Of a stretch of DNA of 64,000 nt, positions 36,672 to 46,152 are shown in pieces (within the stretch, counting starts at the first letter, position 1; every line of letters begins with the position of its first letter). The stretch comes from Diadema antillarum (Eukaryota). The stretch is from NCBI RefSeq assembly GCF_040938485.1, contig NW_027270984.1, forward strand, positions 1,240,001-1,304,000, given 5' to 3'. Both the position numbers and the translations under genes were made by a program. A model generated the notes under the pieces. It worked only from the letters and a program-made list of their open reading frames with translations. It did not search any database and was not told where the DNA came from.

Positions 36672-39600
36672 ATGTCTTCTCAAGAGTCACAGTCTCATTC
36701 TCAGAGAACCTCTAATTTCATTTCACAGTTAAAGAGTTTGTTGAGTTCAGCGTATAATTCGTTAACTAGCTCGCAAGTACAGACAACCGTCGACAAGGCC
36801 GTTGCCGAACTACAAGGCCATCTCCATTCTCCAGCCACTCCAAAGGGTCGAGAAAAGTCATCCTCGGTAAGTGAACGCAATACTAATCATTCGAGAGATG
36901 TGGGTTTAGATAATAGTAGGAGCGGGAGTTCCCCGAATGTCCCTGCCAACCAAGATATTCCGGGCCCGTCTCATCACCAAGGCCCTGGCACAAATTACAA
37001 AAGAAATCCTCGCGATGCACCGCCACCGCCGGTGAATTACTTTTCTTCGAGCGATGAGGAAATGTTTTCTTCTCCCGAAACGAAAAAGAATTCAAATAGG
37101 AAACGTTCAGGAAGCATTGGGAATCAGAGAGGGGGGAACGTGCAAAAGAGGGGTAAAAAACGGGTCAAGAGATCTTCCGAGAAAAATGAAGAGGGAAACC
37201 CAAAAAAGAAAAAATCGAAAGAAAATCACATTCCAGTGGAAGAGAATGAAGAAGACATGTTTTCGGACATTTCAGCTTCACTTCCCTCATCCCCCACTTG
37301 GGAATTCATAGATCAAAGAATGTCTAAGAGATTTGGGGTGAGGGAAGTGTGGTATGACTTCAAAGCAAACACAAAAGGTATTTCTAACATACGGGATATG
37401 ATTGACTACATTCGCTCATCGCTCGATGAACTGAAATCCTTACTCGTGTCTAACACTTCAGAGCGCGATTACATGCGTCTCGTATTAGTTTCGGAACAAC
37501 TCAACGTTCCGATCGCTTTCCCTTGGGCCCTGGTAAGAGATTTTGACGTAGAACTGATTCTAGAACGAATCGAGCAAGTGTTGAATAGCAACCAAGACTT
37601 TTTCATCAGTCCGGGATTCACTATAAGATTCCATCATGTGGTGAATCCCGCCGGTGGACGGGCGTCGAAATTCGACGGCCTTCCATCGCGTCTCGCGGCC
37701 CTCAAGAAGAAGTCGATAATCACAGTGCCGAGGGACGAAGATAACCTATGCTTTGCAAAGGCAATTGTCATTGCAAAACTGCGAAAAGAAAACGATAGGA
37801 GATACAGACTGTGGTCAAGAAATGACCGTAATACCACGACAAGACTCCGAAATGAGGCGCGGGAATTACACAGGTTGGCAGGGGTACCTGAGGGAGAAGT
37901 AGATCATTCACAGTATGACTCCTTTCAAAAAGTGCTCCTTCCAAAGTACAAACTGGTCATTTATAGAGGACGATATGAAGAAGCGTTAATCTACAGCGGT
38001 CCTCAGGCTTCTGATACCATTTATCTCTATCTGTCAGACCGTCATTACGACGTGGTTGCCAATCCATCGGCGTTCCTGTGCTCCAAATTTGTTTGCGACG
38101 AATGTCACGAAACATATCGCGATCCCAGATATCACGAGTGTTGCCACATGTGTCGCGATTGTCAATCGACCGATTGTGATCGCGATAGCTTTGGTGAAAC
38201 CGATCGCACGCTAGTATGCGAGAAATGTAACATGACGTTTCTAACCGTGAAATGCTTTCGAGCACATACTGTGAAATTATTCAACGGTAAAACAGCTTGT
38301 CAGAGGAATTTCAAATGTAACAAATGCAACAAGGTCTTTGACACGGATCTTGTTGATGGCGATTCCAAGAAACACAATTGCAACGAAATGAAATGCAATG
38401 TTTGTAAGCTTGTGGTCGACGGAAGGTATCACGATTGCTACATGCAAGTGACGAAAGAGAGTCCCTTCCACTCAAAAAACGTCAAGAAAAGTGAATCAAA
38501 CCCTCCTCAACAAGATCAAAAGTGTGAAAGTTCTGAAAGTGACTCGCAGTCCCAAGACAGAAAAGCTAAGAAATCTCCTACCAAGTATATATTCTTTGAT
38601 TTTGAGTGTACTCAAGAGACAGGATTACACATACCAAATTACGTGCACGCAACATGGGAATGCACGAATTGCATGGATAGGGAAATGTCGGCAGACACCT
38701 GCTGCGAACGATGCGGCCCTCCCGAAGACCGTGCCATAACATTTCAGGGAGCGAATACCCTTGATCTTTTCACAAACTGGTTGTTTTCTATGGAAAATCA
38801 CAACTCGGTAGCAATCGCACATAACTCAAAGGCGTATGATTCGTATTTCTTACTAAACAAACTAATAGAACAAGGGATCGAACCCCACGTAGTGATGAAT
38901 GGCGCTCAGATCATAAGTCTCGAAACACGGGAGCCAAAAATTAAGGTTAAAGACTCTTTAAATTTCTTTCAGATGCGGTTGGCAAAACTGCCCAAAACAT
39001 TTGGCTTGCAGGAAATGAAGAAAGGTTATTTTCCCCATTTTTTCAACACTCCCGATAATGCCAATTATGTAGGATCACTGCCAGACAAACGTTTCTATGG
39101 CGTGGATTCCATGATGAAAGCAGACCGAGAACAGTTTAATGCTTGGTACGATGAGCTCGCGCTAGCCAATTATGTCTTTAACTTTCAGGAGGAAATAAAA
39201 GCCTACTGCGAGAGTGATGTCAATATCTTGCACCAAAGCTGCAAGATATTTAGAAGACACTTCAAAAGTGTGAGCGCAACAGAGGCTAATCCCGAAGGAA
39301 TAGATCCATTCATGCGCTGTCTGACGCTTCCCAGCGCGTGCAATCTTTTGTTTCGAACGAACTACCTTAAGCCCAAGACAATCGCGCTCATTCCCCAGGA
39401 AGGGTATGGAAAGGGGAAAAGACAGTCCTCCTTAGCCGGAGAGTGGCTTCATTTTGAGGCACAGCTTTCAGGATTTCACATTCGACATAGTTTCAATGGT
39501 GGGGAAAGAAAAGCACACGGACGTTTCGTAGATGGCTATGCCGAAAAAGATGATGAAAAACATGTTTGGGAGTTTCTCGGGTGCTTTTATCACGGGTGTC

Positions 39601-41180
39601 GCGAATGTTACGGTCCCAGTGTCGAAAACCCAAAGCTAGGCAAAGCAATGGGTGTACTGTTTAATGAATCCATGAAACGTCTTGATGCGCTCAAAGAGAA
39701 TGGATATATTGTACACTATATTTGGGAATGCGAATGGAAACAATTGCGCCAAATGGCTGATGTACATCCACACATTGCACACCTTCAAATGGCTTTTAAT
39801 CAACAATTAAATCCACGTGACTCGTTCTATGGCGGGAGAACTGGAGGGTGTTCGCTCTTCTACGAGGCGAAGCCCGAAGAAAAAATCCTTTACTATGATT
39901 TCACCAGTCTTTATCCCTTTATCAATAAGTTCGGCAAATATCCTGTCGGCCATCCCAGAATTATCTATTCTAACTTCCCTTCACTGTCTCGAATTTTTGG
40001 ACTCGTCAAATGTAAAATATTACCTCCTAGACGTCTGTTTCATCCAGTGCTCCCCCATCGCTCAGGGGGTAAACTTACTTTCCCTCTATGCAGGACCTGT
40101 GCAGACACCTTGAATCAGGGGCCCTGCAAGCACGCAGATAGGGAGCGTGAGTTAGAAGGCGTGTGGGTATCGGAGGAACTGAAAAAAGCTGTAGAGATGG
40201 GGTATACACAACTCCGAATGATCGAAGTATGGCACTTTGACAGGTATACAGTGTACGATCCCAAAACAAGAACGGGAGGACTGTTTGCGCAGTATATAGA
40301 CAGCTTTATGAAAATAAAGCAGGAAGCCTCAGGCTACCCCGCCCATGCCAGTACTGAAGAAGAACGTGAAAAATACATTCGAGATTATTTGGCCCATGAG
40401 GGAATTCAATTAGACTCTAAAAACATCGCGAAAAACCCCGGTTTACGCGCCATTGCCAAGGGCATTGTTAATGTGCTGTGGGGGAAATTTGCTGAGAGAC
40501 CAAATCTGAAACAAACGCGCTTTGTCAAAACCAGCGCTGAGTTGTTAGATTTCTTAAAGGATCGCACTATCGAATTACAAGACATTCTCGTTCTAAACGA
40601 CGACATGGTAGAAATTCATTTCAATCAAGCCGAAGGCTTCGTGGACCACAACGTCAACACAAATATCATAATAGCCAGTTTCACGACGGCATTGGCGCGA
40701 CTGAAATTGTATTCTGTCTTGCAGAGGCTGAACGATAGGGTCTTGTATTACGACACTGATAGTGTAGTCTTTAGAACAGACCCAACAGTACAACATCACG
40801 ACCCCAAAACCGGCGATTTCGTTGGTGACTTGACGGATGAACTTGGTGAAGGCGAGTTCATTCAAACCTGGCTTTGCGGTGGTCCTAAGAACTATAGTTA
40901 TCGCACCAACAAAGGCAACACCGTGTGTAAGGTGCGTGGATTTACCTTGAACGAGGCAAACTCCCTCGTTATAAACCATGACTCTATGCGCGAATTGATA
41001 CAAGGTGAACCGGGATGTCTGAAGACTATTGTGGAAAATAGAATTCTCAGAGACGTAAAAAGCAAGTCCGTGTACACTTCCGAGAGAAAAAAAGACTACA
41101 GGGTAGTCTTCACGAAACGAGTTAGATTACCAGGTGGCACGACACTGCCTTATGGACACGCGGACATTCCTCGCTTATAA
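36672..41180 (+). CDS. pPolB: protein-primed family B DNA polymerase (terminal protein, OTU-like, Zn-finger, exonuclease, nuclease-like insert, polymerase), 1502 aa
   Basis: ExoI FFDFECTQ, ExoII HNSKAYD, ExoIII YCESD, motif A YDFTSLYP, motif B KGIVNVLWGKF, motif C YYDTDS; uninterrupted ORF. Confidence 0.97.
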   Translation: MSSQESQSHSQRTSNFISQLKSLLSSAYNSLTSSQVQTTVDKAVAELQGHLHSPATPKGREKSSSVSERNTNHSRDVGLDNSRSGSSPNVPANQDIPGPSHHQGPGTNYKRNPRDAPPPPVNYFSSSDEEMFSSPETKKNSNRKRSGSIGNQRGGNVQKRGKKRVKRSSEKNEEGNPKKKKSKENHIPVEENEEDMFSDISASLPSSPTWEFIDQRMSKRFGVREVWYDFKANTKGISNIRDMIDYIRSSLDELKSLLVSNTSERDYMRLVLVSEQLNVPIAFPWALVRDFDVELILERIEQVLNSNQDFFISPGFTIRFHHVVNPAGGRASKFDGLPSRLAALKKKSIITVPRDEDNLCFAKAIVIAKLRKENDRRYRLWSRNDRNTTTRLRNEARELHRLAGVPEGEVDHSQYDSFQKVLLPKYKLVIYRGRYEEALIYSGPQASDTIYLYLSDRHYDVVANPSAFLCSKFVCDECHETYRDPRYHECCHMCRDCQSTDCDRDSFGETDRTLVCEKCNMTFLTVKCFRAHTVKLFNGKTACQRNFKCNKCNKVFDTDLVDGDSKKHNCNEMKCNVCKLVVDGRYHDCYMQVTKESPFHSKNVKKSESNPPQQDQKCESSESDSQSQDRKAKKSPTKYIFFDFECTQETGLHIPNYVHATWECTNCMDREMSADTCCERCGPPEDRAITFQGANTLDLFTNWLFSMENHNSVAIAHNSKAYDSYFLLNKLIEQGIEPHVVMNGAQIISLETREPKIKVKDSLNFFQMRLAKLPKTFGLQEMKKGYFPHFFNTPDNANYVGSLPDKRFYGVDSMMKADREQFNAWYDELALANYVFNFQEEIKAYCESDVNILHQSCKIFRRHFKSVSATEANPEGIDPFMRCLTLPSACNLLFRTNYLKPKTIALIPQEGYGKGKRQSSLAGEWLHFEAQLSGFHIRHSFNGGERKAHGRFVDGYAEKDDEKHVWEFLGCFYHGCRECYGPSVENPKLGKAMGVLFNESMKRLDALKENGYIVHYIWECEWKQLRQMADVHPHIAHLQMAFNQQLNPRDSFYGGRTGGCSLFYEAKPEEKILYYDFTSLYPFINKFGKYPVGHPRIIYSNFPSLSRIFGLVKCKILPPRRLFHPVLPHRSGGKLTFPLCRTCADTLNQGPCKHADRERELEGVWVSEELKKAVEMGYTQLRMIEVWHFDRYTVYDPKTRTGGLFAQYIDSFMKIKQEASGYPAHASTEEEREKYIRDYLAHEGIQLDSKNIAKNPGLRAIAKGIVNVLWGKFAERPNLKQTRFVKTSAELLDFLKDRTIELQDILVLNDDMVEIHFNQAEGFVDHNVNTNIIIASFTTALARLKLYSVLQRLNDRVLYYDTDSVVFRTDPTVQHHDPKTGDFVGDLTDELGEGEFIQTWLCGGPKNYSYRTNKGNTVCKVRGFTLNEANSLVINHDSMRELIQGEPGCLKTIVENRILRDVKSKSVYTSERKKDYRVVFTKRVRLPGGTTLPYGHADIPRL

Positions 41181-41292
41181 AGACCTCAATGTGTCTAATT
41201 GCCAATCATTCGCTGTTTATACATTGTCGCAGAAGGTGGTACTTTCTCATCAGCTCTGTACCTACCGCTGGCATTGTCGTTGCTAGGAAATC

Positions 41293-41529
41293 ATGGATAA
41301 GTCGCGCGCATCATATATGTCCACAGTGCTCAGAAATGTACTGAAAAGTACCAATGCTGGTACAAATGTATTTTGTTTGGCGCTTTTTGTATTTCTCTTC
41401 TTTCTATTGTTTTATCTCGAGTCTTTGCTCACTAGAGATGCCCATTTGTCAAATGGAACGGATGGGTTTGATTTTTCCTTAAATAAAACTGACGTTATCC
41501 CCGATGTCAGTTCTTTCGCGGGCGCTTGA
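41293..41529 (+). CDS. candidate small single-pass membrane protein (78 aa)
   Basis: strong Kozak context ATCATGG, hydrophobic VFCLALFVFLFFLLFYL, two sequons (NGT, NKT) after the helix. Confidence 0.4.
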   Translation: MDKSRASYMSTVLRNVLKSTNAGTNVFCLALFVFLFFLLFYLESLLTRDAHLSNGTDGFDFSLNKTDVIPDVSSFAGA

Positions 41530-41765
41530 TTGCAGCGCATTATACCGTTATGTTGCTCTTGAATATACCGCGTAGTTTTAACAGTTTGCTTCATATCGTC
41601 GTCTTATTCTTTTAAGAAACTTAACTGAACCCACATCTCACGTATGATAGAGTATTCCGTTCACTTACTTCGTTTGACATTTGCTCTAATTTCATTTACA
41701 GAACTTAATATCTTATTGTGTTATTCATATAGCTATATTTGTACTATTTGATGCCGTTAATTACA

Positions 41766-42407
41766 ATGGATGCCCGACTCAAACATAGTTTTTCATGTAT
41801 GGTGGTCGGACCGAGTTTTTCAGGGAAAACCGAATTCGTGAAAAGATTACTGAAAAATGCCTCGGAAATGATCGATCAACCTCCTCGCAAAATTATATGG
41901 TTTTACGGGGAGTATCAACCGTGTTACGCGACAATGACACGATCCTTTCCGAATATTGAATTTCATGAAAATTTACCAGCAGATTTCAATGATTTGACCG
42001 ACCCCTCCCGACCAGTGTTATTTGTCATCGATGATTTAATGGATGTGGCTGGTGATGACAAGAGAGTAGCCGCCTTGTTTACTAAAGGTTGTCATCATAG
42101 AAACGCGAGCGTTATTTATATCACTCAAAATCTCTTTCATCGTGGAAAGGAGTCTAGGACTATTTCATTAAACACGCAGTACTACGCTTTATTCAAAAAT
42201 TGTAGAGACAAACAACAAATTGCTTGTTTAGCTAAACAGATGTATCCCTCGAAAACAAAGTTTTTTCAAGAGGCATTTATGGACGCCACAGCCGATAAAT
42301 GGGGTTATTTATTCGTAGACCTTAAACCAGACACGCCGGAAGAATTTCGTCTCAGAACGAAAATATTTCCCGGTGAAGTTCAATATGTATATGTTCCTAA
42401 GATATAA
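41766..42407 (+). CDS. A32/FtsK-like genome-packaging ATPase (probable start MDARLKHSF, 213 aa)
   Basis: Walker A GPSFSGKT, Walker B LFVIDDLM, and TKGCHHRNASVIYITQNLF typical of Polinton ATPases. Confidence 0.95.
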   Translation: MDARLKHSFSCMVVGPSFSGKTEFVKRLLKNASEMIDQPPRKIIWFYGEYQPCYATMTRSFPNIEFHENLPADFNDLTDPSRPVLFVIDDLMDVAGDDKRVAALFTKGCHHRNASVIYITQNLFHRGKESRTISLNTQYYALFKNCRDKQQIACLAKQMYPSKTKFFQEAFMDATADKWGYLFVDLKPDTPEEFRLRTKIFPGEVQYVYVPKI

Positions 42408-42446
42408 ATTGTCGCGTTCGTGTATTAAGTCATTTATTAGTTAAAA

Positions 42447-42791
42447 ATGTCGCGCCGAGTGAAGACCCACGCAGTCCTGCTCAAGACCCTCGCACACTGC
42501 TCTCCTGATCAACGGAAACTTCTCATCAAGACAGCTAACAAGAACTTCATTGACGCCATCTGTGAATGTGTTTTGAACGTGATCTGCGGTAATGTCAAGC
42601 TGTCGCAATCCCACAAGAAAACTTTGACTAAGCACAAGCGAAAACTCCGTAAATTAGCGGATCGTCGTACATCTCTGGCAGAGAGAAAACGAATCTTAAA
42701 CCAACGCGGAGGATTCATTGGTCTCATTGCCAGGTTGATCACGCCTGTACTCGGAACTCTCGCTTCTAACCTCTTTGCATCGCCAAAGTAG
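42447..42791 (+). CDS. basic core protein with QRGG|F site and amphipathic tail (adenovirus pX-like; probably Maverick PM), 114 aa
   Basis: K/R-rich body, C-terminal NQRGGFIGLIARLITPVLGTL; position directly after the ATPase. Confidence 0.8.
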   Translation: MSRRVKTHAVLLKTLAHCSPDQRKLLIKTANKNFIDAICECVLNVICGNVKLSQSHKKTLTKHKRKLRKLADRRTSLAERKRILNQRGGFIGLIARLITPVLGTLASNLFASPK

Positions 42792-42818
42792 ACACTGTAT
42801 AGAGGTACCGCGTTGATA

Positions 42819-43586
42819 ATGGAGAATGCGCGCAAGATGGTGCTTGTGCCACAAACTATGCTTCATTCTCTCAAAAGTCAATCTTCATCACCTACAGAGC
42901 AGCGAATCAACGAATTGGACGATCAGATTCGTTCGGTGTTGGACAGGCCCGATCTACCAGAGTATGACAAGGCGTTGTTGTATTCGCAATACTTACAGCG
43001 GTTTTTGAAAGCGACGGACAACGTTAAGAAGCCATTGTCTATTGAAGTCGTTAGCGACAGCTCAAGAGACAATGACAGCACGCATCTAGTAACTCATGGA
43101 CAGAGGGTCGCGCCAAAATCTGAGGACGCAGTGGAGCGTGACATCTTGCAGCACGTGCCTAAGAATTTTGTGAAAAGAGCTTCGCAGTTGCTGGAAAAGA
43201 TGAAAAGGTGCGACGATGTGGGATGGACGGACAAAGGGGAGCTGATTGTGAGCGGGGAAAGTGTGCCTGGCAGTAACATTTGCGACTTAATGTACGACAT
43301 TTTCAGAGAGCGAAGTGGTTATATTCCTACTGGTAGTGAACATTTTATTCGTGCGCTGGCTCGTTTGAACATTCCAGAGACTGCGTTGACCAATCTCAGC
43401 CGACGTGACCAACTTCAACGTGTTAAGAGGGGGAAAGATTTGGAGACCCCGATTCATCGTCGTTTAGATTCTCCAGACCCCAAAATGTACACAACCCCTA
43501 CTACAACTAAAAGTTATACACGTACAAGGCGTACAAGAGCTAGTGATGCTAATGGTTCTCAAACCCCAAAGTGGCAATCTTTTTAA
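42819..43586 (+). CDS. conserved Polinton protein of unknown function (probably PW), 255 aa
   Basis: KMVLVP start, DKALLYSQYLQRF, WTDKGELIVSGESVPGSNICDL motifs that I recognise from Polinton accessory proteins; family name is my recollection. Confidence 0.75.
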   Translation: MENARKMVLVPQTMLHSLKSQSSSPTEQRINELDDQIRSVLDRPDLPEYDKALLYSQYLQRFLKATDNVKKPLSIEVVSDSSRDNDSTHLVTHGQRVAPKSEDAVERDILQHVPKNFVKRASQLLEKMKRCDDVGWTDKGELIVSGESVPGSNICDLMYDIFRERSGYIPTGSEHFIRALARLNIPETALTNLSRRDQLQRVKRGKDLETPIHRRLDSPDPKMYTTPTTTKSYTRTRRTRASDANGSQTPKWQSF

Positions 43587-44368
43587 AATACGGCTTAAAC
43601 GGTATGACCACAATCCTCGTTAACCCGAGCTGTTCTCGTTAATTCGTGTAATGATTTTATTGTATGTTAATTTACTACTCTTCTATTTCAAACAGTTATG
43701 TACAATTTTAAATAGTAGCCCTTACCATTATGATCTGCGTGTTGATCTAGGTGGGTGTTGAAGTACGCCATCGATGTTGCGTATGGGGTGATATGAAAGT
43801 GTGTACACAAGCATTTACATACTTAATATGTATCATTATATTTTACGAACGATGATTTTTTGATTGTATTAACGTTAACATCGTTACATATCCCCAACCA
43901 ATTATTTCATCAGGTGACCCGCAATGTGTATATAAGATTGTACGGTCTATGTTCAGATGTGAAGGAGTGTATACATACATAATATTCTGTTTGAATGTAT
44001 TTGAAATTTTGATGCTAGCTGTTCTTTTGAATTTGTCCGCATGATATAGCGATTGACTATACTATCTTAACGTTTCTCCACTTCAACATTTCATCGTCTG
44101 AACATTTCGACTAGTTGCTATGTAAATATTGTAAATATAAGTTCGTGTGACGTTTGATTTTATCTGTGGTGTTTACCGAATGTGTCATACATTTTATCTC
44201 CTGGCGTAGTTGTACATAATATGTCTTACTTCATGAAACGATGTAAATAGTCAAATCCTGCCTGGTTTATGCATTATTACATTCAGTGGTGAAAGTAGTT
44301 GTTTTTATTATTATTCGTAGTTAATTCCATAAAGACCGTCATATTGTACATATATCCACCACTTCGAC

Positions 44369-44478
44369 GTTTCGTCGATTCGTCATTTTGTCATTTCGTC
44401 ATTTCGTCATTTCGTCATTTCGTCATTTCGTCATTTCGTCATTTCGTCATTTCGTCATTTCGTCATTTCGTCATTTCG
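44369..44478. repeat. 8-bp tandem repeat (ATTTCGTC)n, 10 perfect units at 44393-44472
   Basis: direct reading; explains the periodic FVISSFRH ORF. Confidence 0.95.
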
Positions 44479-45105
44479 CTGTTTTAAATCTGTGCATGTA
44501 ACGCATGCAAATTTCTTTTTTTTTAATGTCTGTTTACCTAGAATTAATAACTTTGACGAAACGGAAATACACTGTAAAATGTCTCACGCAGATTCTGCAG
44601 ATTGATGACTACATCACCTCAATGGTTTATAAGTTGTTAATTATTCTTTCATCACCATGTATGATTTAAGCCATGCTTGAACATCGAAACATAATTGAAT
44701 AATGTATTGTATTTTTTATATGAGGAATAGTTCTTTACGTATCCAGTGGAAATGTATATAGTTTGTTCGTTGCACGGTGTAATGATTTTTTTCTCACAAT
44801 CACAAAACGTAGAAGGAAGCAAAGAAAAACAAGTACAACAAGGAGTAATTTATTTACATATTCATAGTCTGTTGTTTTATTGGAGAAAATAAAACGGGTA
44901 CCACGTACAATATTCTTACGATACAAAACGCACTCGTTACATCTTATTTTTGTTTTGTCCTGTGTGATATGTGTTATACAGCGTGACTGAGGAAAAGAGA
45001 AGCGAGAAAGAAAACGAAGAGCGAAAGAGAAAATGAGACATATACTCGTAACGAAAATAACAAAGTGTGTATTACTATGAAGAACGAAACCCAGCCCAAG
45101 TTTAA

Positions 45106-45140
<35 letters not shown>

Positions 45141-45338
45141 TTACCTAATTTTACAAAGTATTCAAGCGGTTGTTACGCTAGGTACGCTAACCTAAGTAAT
45201 ATATGGTCTATGAATTGTAAATGATAATATATTCCATTGGTAACAAACTGTCACAATCACTCAACGTTTCGACATAAAGGTACAAACTTAATTCTCTTAT
45301 TTTCAAACTAGCTTTCCCAGACATGAAAGAACATATAT

Positions 45339-45471
45339 NNNNNNNNNNNNNNNNNNNNNNNNNNNNNNNNNNNNNNNNNNNNNNNNNNNNNNNNNNNNNN
45401 NNNNNNNNNNNNNNNNNNNNNNNNNNNNNNNNNNNNNNNNNNNNNNNNNNNNNNNNNNNNNNNNNNNNNNN
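45339..45471. other. assembly gap (133 N) inside the Polinton
   Basis: run of N next to TA-rich sequence. Confidence 1.
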
Positions 45472-45587
45472 AGGCTTGCACATACGATATATACAAATTA
45501 CTACTAAGTTAAATACTGTTAGATATCTAGCAATCCACATCAAGAGAGAAGTTTACACTACGTTATACACGCTATTACAATATCTTC

Positions 45588-46109
45588 TTACAAACTATCG
45601 AAGCTACGTGCGATTTGTAATAGAGTAAAAGATGTATCATGAACACGATGGGAAACATCAGAACGTCGATTAAACCAATCATTCACTCTCTTATCATTTC
45701 TCGTATAATCCTTGCCAAACACATTTAATACACTTCGAGTTGTTTGACCCCCTACTCGTTTCGTCACGTAATAGATACAATATTGTCCGCAAACTGTGGA
45801 TACAGTTCCTTGTAGCCGTTTGGAATTAGAGGACCATGCCGAGGCATTATTGTCCAAAAACTTTACAAAGTCAAGACTGTAAGTTAAGGGTTCATATCCG
45901 TAAGAGTCAAAGAATTCGCCTTTTCCGTTGCAAAAGTAGAAAGCCACCCAGTGTGTTCCTGGTTTATCGCTAGGATCGGTATTCGCGATGAAGCATTGCT
46001 TCGCCCCACTAATTGATCGCGGTAGACAATTTGACGCATATACTCCTTTGAAATAGGGCTTGACAATAGGATCGTTCTCTAAGAAACGTTGAATCTGCGA
46101 TGTATCCAT
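45588..46109 (-). CDS. PRO: adenain-like cysteine protease (173 aa)
   Basis: NTDPSDKPGTHWVAFY (His), FFDSYG (Asp), LQGTVSTVCGQYC (Gln, Cys). Confidence 0.95.
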   Translation of the reverse strand: MDTSQIQRFLENDPIVKPYFKGVYASNCLPRSISGAKQCFIANTDPSDKPGTHWVAFYFCNGKGEFFDSYGYEPLTYSLDFVKFLDNNASAWSSNSKRLQGTVSTVCGQYCIYYVTKRVGGQTTRSVLNVFGKDYTRNDKRVNDWFNRRSDVSHRVHDTSFTLLQIARSFDSL

Positions 46110-46152
46110 AGTCGATTAGAATATTTCGGCAGTCGGTTGTCCGGAAGAGGTT

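Noticed and set aside
44299-44487. 62-aa ORF with FVISSFRH repeats
   Set aside because: Product of the 8-bp tandem repeat with a TTG start
45308-45628. ORFs spanning the N run
   Set aside because: Frame continuity across an estimated gap is meaningless
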